From Candidatus Spongiisociaceae bacterium (lineage in GTDB: Bacteria; Actinomycetota; Acidimicrobiia; Spongiisociales; Spongiisociaceae), in assembly GCA_965202665.1 (NCBI GenBank), contig OZ241841.1, positions 1,664,001 through 1,728,000 of the forward strand: 64,000 nt of DNA. The letters are read 5' to 3'. Of this stretch, positions 45,586 through 55,071 are shown one piece after another. The first letter of the stretch is position 1, and each line of letters opens with the position of its first letter. The notes beneath the pieces were generated by a model. That model was given only the letters and a program-made list of their open reading frames with translations, did not search any database and was not told the DNA's origin. The translations under genes were made by a program, and so were the position numbers.

Positions 45586-46167
45586 ATGGACAGGGCGCAG
45601 TTGGCTGATTTGCTCACTTTTTCCCGGTTGCTGGCCGGGCCGGTTCTGGTGGCTTTGCTGGCCGGACGGCGGTTGGAGGCGGCGGCCCTGTTTCTCACTT
45701 TGGCCTGGTTCACCGATTTCTTCGACGGGCGGATGGCCCGCTCCTCCGACCGGCCCACCCGGCTCAACGGATGGGATCTGCGGGCGGACGCCTGGCTGGC
45801 CGCCGGGCTGGGAATCGGCTTGGGACTGGGCGGCTACCTCACCTGGTGGCTGGCCGGCCCGCTGTCCCTGTTCGTGTTCGCCGGGGCCGTCCTGCTCGCC
45901 AACCCCGCCCCGGTGATGGTCGGTATCGGGGCCCTCACCGGACTCACGTTGCTCACTTTCGTGACGGAGGACAGCTGGTGGTGGGTTCCGGCGGGGGCCC
46001 TCCTCATCCTGTTGGTTCCCTCCCGCAAACGGTTCCTGCACACGATCCTCCCCGCCCTGTGGGCCGGAGTGGTCAGCCTCACCACCGGCGAAGATCCGGA
46101 GGCCGAAACCCGCGGGCGCAGGCTCACCGTCGACGAATGGGCCCCCGGGCCGGAACCCGACCTCTGA
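45586..46167 (+). CDS. CDP-alcohol phosphatidyltransferase family protein
   Basis: ADLLTFSRL...TDFFDGRMAR...G-WDLRAD signature; hydrophobic. Confidence 0.85.
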   Translation: MDRAQLADLLTFSRLLAGPVLVALLAGRRLEAAALFLTLAWFTDFFDGRMARSSDRPTRLNGWDLRADAWLAAGLGIGLGLGGYLTWWLAGPLSLFVFAGAVLLANPAPVMVGIGALTGLTLLTFVTEDSWWWVPAGALLILLVPSRKRFLHTILPALWAGVVSLTTGEDPEAETRGRRLTVDEWAPGPEPDL

Positions 46168-46212
46168 TTCCCGGCCGACCGGCCAAGCCCCTCCCGCGCC
46201 GGGAGAAGCAAA

Positions 46213-47013
46213 CTATTCGGCGCTGCGGCGGTAGGCGCGCACCGAAATGGGGATGAACAGGGCCAGGATGATCGCCGCCCACAGCAGGCCCAGCAACAGG
46301 GGGCGGAGGGTGGGGCCGCCCAGCGACAAAGCCCGCAACCCGTCCACGAACCGGGTTATGGGCTGGTTTTCGGCGAACAGCCGCAGCCAGCCGGGCATCG
46401 ACCCCACCGGCACGTAAGCCGAAGAGGCGAAAATGAAGGGGAACACCACGATGATGGAAGCCGCCTGCGCCACCTCCGGGGTGCGGGTTTTCAAACCCAC
46501 CCAAGCCGACATCCACGAAAAACACAGCCCGAACAGCAAGGCCGTAACCACCATGGCCGCCGCCGCCAAAGCCCCGGCCTGGAAACGGAACCCGATGACG
46601 TGCCCCACCGCCAGCATCAGCAGAATGGCGATGGAATTGCGCACCGCATCCGCCAGGGTGCGCCCGGCCAGCACCGCCGAACGGGCCATCGGCAACGACC
46701 GGAACCGGTCCACGATCCCCGCCTGCAGGTCTTCGGTCAGCCCCACCGAAGTGTTGGTGGAACCGAAGGCGGAAGTCTGAATGATCACCCCCGGCAGCAG
46801 GTAGTCGATGTAGTTGATGTCCGGCAGGGGAATCGCCCCCCCGAACACGAACGTGAACAGCAACACCAGCATTATCGGCTGGATGGTGGAAAACAGCAAC
46901 AGTTGCGGGGTGCGGAAAATGCGGATCACGTTCCGTTTGGTGAGAACCGCCGTGTGGCGCAAGGTCAGCCCGGGGCCGATGCGGTTCACGGGGGCGGAAC
47001 GGACGGCGCTCAT
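46213..47013 (-). CDS. ABC-2 type exporter permease (DrrB-like)
   Basis: FSTIQPIMLVLLFTFVFGG, DRFRSLPMARSAVLAGR and SSAYVP...MPGWL...NQP motifs. Confidence 0.9.
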   Translation of the reverse strand: MSAVRSAPVNRIGPGLTLRHTAVLTKRNVIRIFRTPQLLLFSTIQPIMLVLLFTFVFGGAIPLPDINYIDYLLPGVIIQTSAFGSTNTSVGLTEDLQAGIVDRFRSLPMARSAVLAGRTLADAVRNSIAILLMLAVGHVIGFRFQAGALAAAAMVVTALLFGLCFSWMSAWVGLKTRTPEVAQAASIIVVFPFIFASSAYVPVGSMPGWLRLFAENQPITRFVDGLRALSLGGPTLRPLLLGLLWAAIILALFIPISVRAYRRSAE

Positions 47014-48029
47014 CGGCCCCTCCCCCCGTTCCGGTTGCGGCGCCCCCCCAGCAGTCCCGCCAGCGCGCCCCGCCGCCGCCCGGGGCCGGGACGGGCGTCG
47101 TCCGCTTCGGCGGGGCGTCCGGTCAGGGCCAGGAAAACATCGTCCAGGCTGGGATGGCGCAACTGCAGGTCGGCGATGCCCACCCCGCTTTCGTCGATGG
47201 CCCGCAGGGCGGACAGGGCCTCCGACGTCCCCGCCACCGTCGCCCGCACCCGGCCGGTGGCGGGGTCCGCTTCCAGCGACTTCCCGTGCCGTCCCAGAAT
47301 CTCCTCCGCTTTCCCCAATTCCCCGTCGGCGATGGTCATTTCCAGCACGTCCCCGTGCATGCGGGACTTCAACTCGTCGGGGGTGCCTTCGCTGATCAGC
47401 CGGCCCGAATCGATTACCGCAATCCGGGAGGCCAAGCGGTCCGCTTCCTCCAAATACTGGGTGGTGAGCAGCAGGGTGGCCCCCCCGGACACCATCTCTT
47501 CCATAATCTTCCACAATTCGATGCGGCTGCGGGGGTCCAGGCCGGTGGTCGGTTCGTCCATCACCAGCACCTCCGGCCGCCCCACCAGCCCGGCCGCCAA
47601 ATCCAAGCGCCGTTGCATGCCCCCCGAATAGGTGCGCACCGGACGATGCGCCGCTTCCGCCAAGTCGATCCGCTCCAACAGGTCCTCCGCCCTCCGCCGG
47701 GCTTCGGCCGCCCCCAGGTTGTAGAGCCGCCCCACCATTTCCAGGTTTTCATATCCGGTCAGGGTCTGATCCACCGCCGCGTACTGGCCGGCCAGCCCGA
47801 TGCGGGAACGCAACGCCACCGCATCCCGCACCGTGTCGCACCCCAGCACCGTGGCCCGCCCCCGATCCGGTTTGAGCAGGGTGGTCAGCACCCGCACCAG
47901 GGTGGTTTTGCCCGCGCCGTTCGGCCCCAGCAGTCCGAACACGGTGCCTTCTTCGATGGCGAGGCTCACCCCGTCCAAGGCCCGAATGCCCCCGTAGGCT
48001 TTATGGACCGATTCGACCACGATGGCCAT
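47010..48029 (-). CDS. ABC exporter ATP-binding protein (DrrA-like)
   Basis: GPNGAGKT, GQYAAVD, YSGGMQRRLDLA, DEPTTGLDP, TTQYLEEAD, PSLDDVFL. Confidence 0.92.
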   Translation of the reverse strand: MAIVVESVHKAYGGIRALDGVSLAIEEGTVFGLLGPNGAGKTTLVRVLTTLLKPDRGRATVLGCDTVRDAVALRSRIGLAGQYAAVDQTLTGYENLEMVGRLYNLGAAEARRRAEDLLERIDLAEAAHRPVRTYSGGMQRRLDLAAGLVGRPEVLVMDEPTTGLDPRSRIELWKIMEEMVSGGATLLLTTQYLEEADRLASRIAVIDSGRLISEGTPDELKSRMHGDVLEMTIADGELGKAEEILGRHGKSLEADPATGRVRATVAGTSEALSALRAIDESGVGIADLQLRHPSLDDVFLALTGRPAEADDARPGPGRRRGALAGLLGGRRNRNGGRGR

Positions 48030-48243
48030 GGAATCCAATTGGGCCCCCTCCTCTGTTCGTTGCGGACGACTGGCGCGGAACGCGGCCGGCAACGCCCGCG
48101 CCCATCCCATATTTACAGGAACCCGGCCCTATTTCACATCGGGGCCCGCTCCGGGCGCCGCCGCCGTCCCGTCGGGCGGGAAGAAAGCCGGGGTTGGGTA
48201 TTATGAACCGACCGGAGGCCAAGGCGAAACAAGGAGGTTCCCC

Positions 48244-48744
48244 ATGGATGAGGATACCCGGCCGGCGGACAACGGCGGACCCGGTTTGGCGGTGGTTGAA
48301 AAAATGACCCCGGCGGCGGAGGCGGAACGGGGGGAGATGATCGGGGAGCCGGCCAAGCTGCTGCGCATAGCCACCATGACCCGCTCCATGCTGTCCGAAG
48401 CCCGCACCGCCACTTTGGACGAAGAGGGCCGGGCCCGCCTCAGCGACGTGTACCGGGCCACCCTGAAACAGTTGCGCAGCGTGCTCACCGACGACCTGAC
48501 CGAAGAGTTCGAAGAATATTTCCAGCCGCTGGCCGTCTCCGACCAGGTGCCCACCCAGGCGGAAATCCGGTTGGCGCAGGCGCAGCTGGTCGGATGGCTG
48601 GAAGGCCTGTTCAGCGGCATTCAGGCGGCGATCGTCAGCCAGCAGATGGCCGCCCGCGCCCAACTGCAGCAGATCCGGGCCGGAGGGGCCGAACCGGATC
48701 ACCCGGCGGATGAGCCGCCCCAGTCGGGCGGCCTCTATCTCTGA
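48244..48744 (+). CDS. bpa: Bacterial proteasome activator Bpa/PafE (DUF2587)
   Basis: PAKLLRIATM, EIRLAQAQLVGWLEGLFSGIQA; C-terminal GLYL (HbYX) motif; SD AGGAGG. Confidence 0.9.
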   Translation: MDEDTRPADNGGPGLAVVEKMTPAAEAERGEMIGEPAKLLRIATMTRSMLSEARTATLDEEGRARLSDVYRATLKQLRSVLTDDLTEEFEEYFQPLAVSDQVPTQAEIRLAQAQLVGWLEGLFSGIQAAIVSQQMAARAQLQQIRAGGAEPDHPADEPPQSGGLYL

Positions 48745-48765
48745 GGGCCGCTCCGCCGCCCGGGG

Positions 48766-49278
48766 ATGAGCAGGCGCGGCCCGCCCCGCACCAACGCGCA
48801 ACGGCTTTTGGAGGCGGCCGGGGTCGCCTGCCGCAACCTCGCCTACGACCTGGCCGGGGAGGAGTTTTCCGCCGAGGCGGTGGCCGACCGGCTGGGACTC
48901 CCCCGGGGGCAGGTGTTCAAAACTTTGCTTGTCATCGGCCCCGTCCATGGCCCGGCGTTCGCCCTCATTCCCGCCGGGACCGTCCTGTCTTTGAAAAACC
49001 TGGCCCGCCGGCTGGGGGAGCGGCGCATGGAAATGGCCCCTTTGGCGGAGGTGCAACGCATGACCGGATACCGGCGGGGGGCGGTGACCGTGCCCGGAGC
49101 CAAACGGCCCTACCCGGCGGCGGTGGACGAAACAGCCTTGGAATGGGAGCGGATGGCCGTCTCCGGAGGGGCGCCGGGGGCGCAACTGCTGGTGGAAACC
49201 GCCGCCTTCTTGGAGTTCATTTCCGCCCGCATCGCCCCGCTGGCCGTCGCGGAGTCCGGCGGCGGGAATTCGGAATAG
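48766..49278 (+). CDS. ybaK: YbaK/EbsC family aminoacyl-tRNA deacylase
   Basis: TNAQRLL, QVFKTL, TGYRRGAVT and VSGG motifs. Confidence 0.88.
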   Translation: MSRRGPPRTNAQRLLEAAGVACRNLAYDLAGEEFSAEAVADRLGLPRGQVFKTLLVIGPVHGPAFALIPAGTVLSLKNLARRLGERRMEMAPLAEVQRMTGYRRGAVTVPGAKRPYPAAVDETALEWERMAVSGGAPGAQLLVETAAFLEFISARIAPLAVAESGGGNSE

Positions 49279-49326
49279 CCGCCCCCGCCGGGTATCGTCA
49301 AGGCCGGAACCGAAAGGCGGTATTTC

Positions 49327-50070
49327 ACGGACAACATTCTGCTGATCTTCCTGTTGCTGTTCGCGGGCGGGTTCGGGGCCGGTTTCATCAACTCCATGGC
49401 GGGGGGCGGGTCGGTGCTGACCGTCCCGGTCCTCAACGAAGCGGTGGGGGCCACCATCGCCAACGGCACCAACCGGGTGGCGATCCTGCTGGCCAACCTG
49501 GCCGGAACTTTCGCCTACCACAAGGGGGGCAAAGTCCCCTGGCGGCGGGTGGGGCGTTTCCTGCCCGGGACCCTGGCGGGGGCGGTAGCGGGGTCGTGGC
49601 TGGCCACCCGGGTGCCCACCGACTGGATGCGGGAAATATTCGCGGTGGTGATTTTCCTGGTGGCGGCCACCGTGGTCATCCGCCCCCGGCGGTGGTTGGA
49701 GGAGGGCCCTCCCCGCCTGTCCCCTTTCTGGTTGACGGTCGTTTTTTTCCTCATCGGGGCCTATGGGGGGTTCGTGCAAGTGGGGGTCGGGTTTCTTCTG
49801 TTGGCGGGCCTGGTGCTGGGCGGCGGTTTGGAACTGATAAAAGCCAACGGGGTGAAAGTGGTGATCATCGCCGCTTACACGGCGGTGGCCCTTCCCGTTT
49901 TCCTGCTCGCCGGACAGGTGGATCTGCTGCTGGGGCTGGTGATGGCGGCGGGCAACGTGAGCGGGGCCTACACCGGGGCCCGCCTGGCGGTGGAGAAAGG
50001 GGCGGGCTGGGCGCGCTGGGTGCTGGTGACGGCGGCGGTGGGAGCGGCCATCCGCATGGCCTTCTTCTAA
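49327..50070 (+). CDS. TauE/SafE sulfite exporter family protein (start uncertain: ACG 49327 or TTG 49354)
   Basis: AGFINSMAGGGS, ANGTNR, GAYGGF, ANGVK and GAYTGARLA motifs. Confidence 0.88.
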   Translation, partial: TDNILLIFLLLFAGGFGAGFINSMAGGGSVLTVPVLNEAVGATIANGTNRVAILLANLAGTFAYHKGGKVPWRRVGRFLPGTLAGAVAGSWLATRVPTDWMREIFAVVIFLVAATVVIRPRRWLEEGPPRLSPFWLTVVFFLIGAYGGFVQVGVGFLLLAGLVLGGGLELIKANGVKVVIIAAYTAVALPVFLLAGQVDLLLGLVMAAGNVSGAYTGARLAVEKGAGWARWVLVTAAVGAAIRMAFF

Positions 50071-50143
50071 CTTACGACCAGGTCCTCCGGTCCGCACGGG
50101 CCCGCGGGCGTCCGCCGTCTGGTAGCCCGGCCCGGAAGGAGCA

Positions 50144-50468
50144 TCCAACTATCACCAACCTATAGACCCCCATGTCGCCCTGGAGCGGGAGATGGCGGAA
50201 GTCGCCGCCTACGTAGAAGGCGTTGTGAAGGTAGCCCGCCGGCTCGCCCGTGAGGCGGGTATAACTTCCGACCTGGCGCTCCGACCGGTTCGAGCAGGGT
50301 TTCATGGCCTGGGAACCGAATTCGACCGCCCCGCAGGGCGACCCGCTGATGATGGCCGGCTGGTTTTACCACCGGGGGCTCAGCATGGGATACGCGGTCG
50401 GTTTTGGCTGCCAACCAGGCGCCGAAGGAGACGCTCATTTCGCCTCTGACGGGGCAGGACGCCGGTGA
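50144..50468 (+). pseudogene. Possible frameshifted small gene between the tauE paralogs
   Basis: IDPHVALEREMAEVAAYVEGVVKVARRLAREAG continues in another frame near 50282 as DRFEQGFMAWEP...WFYHRGLSMGYAVGF; SD AAGGAG at ~50136. Confidence 0.3.
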
Positions 50469-50682
50469 CTGGTTGACCGACCAGATAGAACCCGGAGAAG
50501 ACGAACACGCATAAGAACCCGCCCCGCGGAAGGGGAAGGGGGGACTCCCGGAGGATGATCTGAAGGCGGCGGGAGACGCTCCTGCGGACGGGGAAGCCCT
50601 GTAACCAACTTGCCGACCGGGCCCGCCGGGCGCTCGGGCGCGGCTTAATTCCGGTTTTCCGGGCGGGGGTGGGTATTGTCAT

Positions 50683-51444
50683 ATGAAACAAAGGCGGTGC
50701 GCCACGGATGACAACTTAATATTGCTGTGGCTGTTCCTGGCCGGAGGCGGCCTGGGGTTCATTAATGCCATGGCGGGCGGCGGGTCGGTGCTGACCATCC
50801 CCATCCTCACCGAAGCGGTGGGGGCGGCGGTGGCCAACGGAACCAACCGCATCGCCATCCTGTCCGCCAACGTGAGCGGGACCTACGCCTACCACAGAAG
50901 CGGCAAAGTCCCCTGGCGGCGGGTGGCCCGGCATATCCCGGTGACTTTGGCCGGGGCGGTGCTGGGGGCCTGGCTGGCCGTTCTCACCCCCTCCGAAGGG
51001 TTGCGGCCGGTGTTCGCGACGGTGATGTTCATGTTGGCGGCCGTCATCCTCATCAAACCGCAACGGTGGATGGAGGAGGGGCCTCCCCGCCTTTCCCCCA
51101 GGTGGATGGGGGCCATCATGTTCCTGATCGGGGTGCACGGCGGATACATCCAAATCGGGGCGGCCATAATGTTGCTGGCGGTGCTGACGGCGGGCGGCGG
51201 CATGGGGCTGGTCAAAGCCAACGCCGCCAAAGTGATGATCGTCGGCGCCTACACCATCCCCACTTTGGCCGTGTTCCTGTACGCCGGGCAGGTGGATTTC
51301 CGGCTGGGGGCGGCCTTGGCGGTCGGCAACATCATCGGGGCCTACATCGGGGCCCGCGTGGCCATCCGAAAAGGCGAAGGCTTCATAAGGTGGGTGCTGG
51401 CCGTTGCGGCGGTGGCGGCGGCGGTGCGCATGGCCTTCTTCTGA
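50683..51444 (+). CDS. TauE/SafE sulfite exporter family protein (paralog)
   Basis: Same motifs as 49327-50070; both end AxRMAFF. Confidence 0.88.
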   Translation: MKQRRCATDDNLILLWLFLAGGGLGFINAMAGGGSVLTIPILTEAVGAAVANGTNRIAILSANVSGTYAYHRSGKVPWRRVARHIPVTLAGAVLGAWLAVLTPSEGLRPVFATVMFMLAAVILIKPQRWMEEGPPRLSPRWMGAIMFLIGVHGGYIQIGAAIMLLAVLTAGGGMGLVKANAAKVMIVGAYTIPTLAVFLYAGQVDFRLGAALAVGNIIGAYIGARVAIRKGEGFIRWVLAVAAVAAAVRMAFF

Positions 51445-51447
51445 GTC

Positions 51448-51669
51448 TCACTTGTAGCGCCACACGATGCGCCCACGGCTGGGGTCGTAGGTGGACAGCT
51501 CCAAATCCACCCGGTCGCCGGGCAGGATGCGGATGAAACGGCCCCGGCGCATTTTGCCGGAGGCGCGGGCCAAAACTTCCATGCCGCCGTCGATTTCCAC
51601 TCGGAACATGGCGTTGGGCAACGTTTCGATCACGTTGCCCTGCACCCGCAGTACGTCGTCTTTGGGCAA
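51448..51669 (-). CDS. infA: Translation initiation factor IF-1
   Basis: TTG start with SD AAGGAG; [24 protein letters not shown]...SGKMR...IRILPGDRV...YD...GRIVWRYK. Confidence 0.95.
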   Translation of the reverse strand: MPKDDVLRVQGNVIETLPNAMFRVEIDGGMEVLARASGKMRRGRFIRILPGDRVDLELSTYDPSRGRIVWRYK

Positions 51670-51786
51670 GAAAACACTCCTTTGCTCGGTTGGGTGAACG
51701 CTCAGGCCGCCGCCGGGCGGTCCCGCCTCAAACGCCAAGGGTAGCGGGGCGCAGCGACATAAAAGGTAAACCGGGCGGCGGGCGGG

Positions 51787-53244
51787 TCAGGCGGGCTCTG
51801 CGGGGGGCGGGTCGGGCGGGGGGGTGAGGGAGTCCCGGGCCCGTTGGGCGAGGATGGCCCGCAAAGCCCTCATATCCCGGGGGCAGGTTTTGGCGGCCCG
51901 CCAGTAGCAGAAGCCGGTGGGGATGAAAAATATTTGGAAGACGGTCAAACCCACCGCATATCCGGTCAACGGCCCCAGCCGGGACTGCAAGGCGGCCGCG
52001 GCCAGCGCGGTCAGCCAGGCGCCCGTCGCCCGGGATACTCCGTTGGACAGGTTGCCCAACCCGTACAGGGTGCCCCGATGTTCGGGCGGGTTCACTTCCG
52101 AAATGAGGGCGAACCAGTTGGGGGAGTCGGCGGAGGTGAACATCAAAGCCATAAAGGACAGCCCGAAGGCCGCCGCCGCGTAAGGGTTGGTGAACACCGA
52201 ACCCAGGGCGGCCCAGGCGACGGCCGCCGTGCCCTGGCCGACGGGGATGTCCAGGCCGGTCAGCGGCAGGTTGAAGAAGGCGATGAAGAAGGGAATCGCC
52301 CCCAGGATGCCGGCCATGGCCACCAGGGCCCGGGCGTCGGGGCGGCGCGCCTGCAGCCGATCCCCCAGATGGCCGGCCGCAATGGAAGTGACCGCCCCCA
52401 GTTGGAACACCCCCCCGAACACGGCGCCGACCGCCACCGCGGTGGGCAGGTCGTAGCCTTCCGCCAGCACCTTCCCCTGATAGAGGAGCGGCACCCAAAT
52501 CAGCGAGCCGTAGGCGATTTGGGCGGTCAGTCCCTGCAGGATCAGCCAGATGTTGGTGCGGACGGCCAGCATTTTGGGCAGGTCGGCGAACTCAATTCGG
52601 TAGTCGTAGACGGCCCCCGCTTTCAACGCCCGGGCGATTTCCGGTTCGGATCCGCCCCGCAGGACGTCGGGGGTGGTGACCAGGTAGGCCGTTCCGGTGA
52701 TGATCGCCGCCGCCGCCGTCCACAGGAACGGGATGCGCCAGTTGCCCGCTCCCAGCAACCCCCCCGCCACCAGGCCGACGAACCCGCCCGCTCCCTGCGA
52801 CAGGCCCCAGAAACTCATCGCCAGCCCCCGGCGGCGGGGGGAAATCAGGTCGGAGACGATGGAAAACCCCACCGAGGCGATGGAACCCAGCCCGACGCCC
52901 AAAGCGATGGTCCATAAGGCCAGTTCGGCGGCGGTGGCGGAGCGCCCGGCCATCAAAAGGGCCCCCGCCCAAAGCAGGGTTCCCCAAAACATCAGCGGCC
53001 GGCGGTTGGAGCGGTCCCCCAGATAGCCCCAGCCGACCGCGGCGAGGGCTATGGCCAGGATGAGGAGGGCGGTGAGGCCGCCCATCCAGGCTTCGGACAC
53101 CCCCAAATCGGCGGCCATCGGTTTGGCCAGGGCGGGGTAGAGGGCCCCGGCGGCGTTGTCCAGCGAAGCCAGCAGGATGAAAAGCGCCAGGGAGTAGAGC
53201 GCACCGGCCCGCCCGCCCCGCCGGGAGCGGGTGAAAAATCTCAT
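51787..53244 (-). CDS. MFS transporter
   Basis: GYLGDRSNRR and GHLGDRL loop motifs; about 12 TM segments. Confidence 0.88.
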   Translation of the reverse strand: MRFFTRSRRGGRAGALYSLALFILLASLDNAAGALYPALAKPMAADLGVSEAWMGGLTALLILAIALAAVGWGYLGDRSNRRPLMFWGTLLWAGALLMAGRSATAAELALWTIALGVGLGSIASVGFSIVSDLISPRRRGLAMSFWGLSQGAGGFVGLVAGGLLGAGNWRIPFLWTAAAAIITGTAYLVTTPDVLRGGSEPEIARALKAGAVYDYRIEFADLPKMLAVRTNIWLILQGLTAQIAYGSLIWVPLLYQGKVLAEGYDLPTAVAVGAVFGGVFQLGAVTSIAAGHLGDRLQARRPDARALVAMAGILGAIPFFIAFFNLPLTGLDIPVGQGTAAVAWAALGSVFTNPYAAAAFGLSFMALMFTSADSPNWFALISEVNPPEHRGTLYGLGNLSNGVSRATGAWLTALAAAALQSRLGPLTGYAVGLTVFQIFFIPTGFCYWRAAKTCPRDMRALRAILAQRARDSLTPPPDPPPAEPA

Positions 53245-53308
53245 CCCCCCAGCCTACTTTGCCCTCCGCCGGTTCCGGGGGGCGGCGGGCGGGGCTAGCA
53301 TGCCGCCC

Positions 53309-53848
53309 ATGTCCGACCTTTTACCCCCCGGCCTGTTTTCCATCGGCCATTCCAACATGGAGATGGAAGAGTTCGTCGAATTGCTGGGTTCGCATCAAAT
53401 CGCGGTCCTGGCCGATGTACGCTCCGCCCCCTATTCCAGTTACAGCCCCTGGTTCGGCAAGCGGGATTTGAAAGGCCGGTTGACGAAGGCGGGCATCCGG
53501 TACGTGTTTATGGGAAAAGAGTTGGGCGGCCGCCCGGTGGGGGAGGAATACTATTACCAGCACCGCTCGGAGATGCGCGTCCATTACGACAAGGTGGCGG
53601 AGACGCAGCTGTTTCAGGACGGGCTGGAGGAGTTGTGGAAAATGGCCGAGTCGGCGCGGACGGCGATGATGTGCAGCGAAGAAGAACCGGGTGAATGCCA
53701 CCGCTATAAGTTGATAACCTGGCAGCTTTACGAGCAAAGCAGGCGGGTCACGCATATTTTGCGCGACGGCTCCCTGTTGAGAACGGCGGAGGTGAAAACT
53801 TTTGAAAAAGTGAAGGACTACTGGTTGAAGATGCCGCTTTTCAGCTAG
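53309..53848 (+). CDS. DUF488 family protein (probably leaderless)
   Basis: FSIGHSN, LADVRSAPYS, ELGGRP, MCSEEEPGECHR, VTHI. TAGCAT at 53296-301 lies 7 bp before the ATG. Confidence 0.88.
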   Translation: MSDLLPPGLFSIGHSNMEMEEFVELLGSHQIAVLADVRSAPYSSYSPWFGKRDLKGRLTKAGIRYVFMGKELGGRPVGEEYYYQHRSEMRVHYDKVAETQLFQDGLEELWKMAESARTAMMCSEEEPGECHRYKLITWQLYEQSRRVTHILRDGSLLRTAEVKTFEKVKDYWLKMPLFS

Positions 53849-53860
53849 GGAGGGCCGGTT

Positions 53861-54298
53861 GTGAAAATCTTTACCATCGGTTTTGCGGGAAAGTCCGCCT
53901 CCGGCTTTTTTGAGCAGATGCGGGAACACGGGATCGAACTGTTGGTGGATGTCCGGATCAACAACAAATCGCAGTTGGCCGGGTTCGCCAAACAGGCCGA
54001 CTTGGAGTTTTTCCTGCGGGAGTTGGCGGGAGCCCGCTACCAGCATGAGGAGCGGCTGGCCCCGACGCGGGAGATGCTCAAAGCGTACCGGGGCAAAGAT
54101 ATGACCTGGGAGGAATACGAGCGGCTGTTTCTGGACCTGATGGCCGAACGCAAAGTGGAGGAGGATATTCCCCGGGAGTGGTTCGAGGAGCCGACGGTCC
54201 TGCTGTGCAGCGAATCCTCACCGGAGCGGTGCCACCGGCGGCTGGTGGTAGAATACCTGAGTGAGGCTTGGGGAGACATACAAGCCGTCCACCTCTAA
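53861..54298 (+). CDS. DUF488 family protein (second subtype)
   Basis: IFTIGF, LVDVRINNKSQLAGFAK, LAPT and LLCSESSPERCHRRLVVEYL motifs. Confidence 0.88.
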   Translation: MKIFTIGFAGKSASGFFEQMREHGIELLVDVRINNKSQLAGFAKQADLEFFLRELAGARYQHEERLAPTREMLKAYRGKDMTWEEYERLFLDLMAERKVEEDIPREWFEEPTVLLCSESSPERCHRRLVVEYLSEAWGDIQAVHL

Positions 54299-54307
54299 GG
54301 AGGAGTT

Positions 54308-55021
54308 ATGCAAATATTGGTAACCCATTTGACCAGAATGAAGTCTCCGTACATCTGCGTGGCCGGGATAGATAAGAGATGGAGGCATCGGCGGCCGGTT
54401 TTGGCCGATTCCGAAGGGGGGCATAGGCAGTTGGAACGCAACCTGTCGCGCAACGAAGGCGGCCATTTTGGGTTGGGGGAGGTGGTTGACTTAGGGAGTA
54501 TCAAGGCCCGGCCCGCTCCGCCGGAAATGGAGGACGTAGTTTTTGAGCCAGCGGGGATGACCGCCGTCAAAACTCTTGACCCGGAGGATTTCCTGCGCAA
54601 CCTCCACCGGGTGGCCGGCAATTCGCTCAGGACGATTTTCGGGCTGGAGTTGGAGGGGCTGAGCCGAACGGCGGCGGCCGTTCCAGAAGGTAGCGGCAGT
54701 TCTTCGTTGGGGGTGCTCGGGCTGAGCGGAGCCAGCTTGCAGGTTAAATCAGAATATGAGAAGCAGGCTTTGCGCTTCGATTTTGAAGACCCCGATTTAG
54801 GCGAACTTAGCTTAAAGGTGACCGACCTTCGTTTGTGGGAGAGCGACCATGAAACCCCGGCGGCGGATGCGGTTGACCGTATCAAAAATCACTTAGACGA
54901 ATGCTTCATTGCGGTTGGGTTGGGCCGGGCATATGATGCGCCGGCTTATCCAGGCCCCAAGCATTACCTGCAGGTCAACAACATTTTCCCGCGGGGCGAC
55001 CCCCTGTGGGAGCGTGAATAA
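54308..55021 (+). CDS. Dual OB-fold-like domain protein, copy 1
   Basis: LTRM...ICVAGID...RPV...P.MED...SLG...VTD...VGLGR...LQVNNI pattern of DUF488-associated dual-OB proteins; SD AAGGAGG. Confidence 0.7.
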   Translation: MQILVTHLTRMKSPYICVAGIDKRWRHRRPVLADSEGGHRQLERNLSRNEGGHFGLGEVVDLGSIKARPAPPEMEDVVFEPAGMTAVKTLDPEDFLRNLHRVAGNSLRTIFGLELEGLSRTAAAVPEGSGSSSLGVLGLSGASLQVKSEYEKQALRFDFEDPDLGELSLKVTDLRLWESDHETPAADAVDRIKNHLDECFIAVGLGRAYDAPAYPGPKHYLQVNNIFPRGDPLWERE

Positions 55022-55071
55022 AGGGTAGGCTTGGCGAGACACACAAGCTGTCCATCTTTAAGGAGGAGTTT

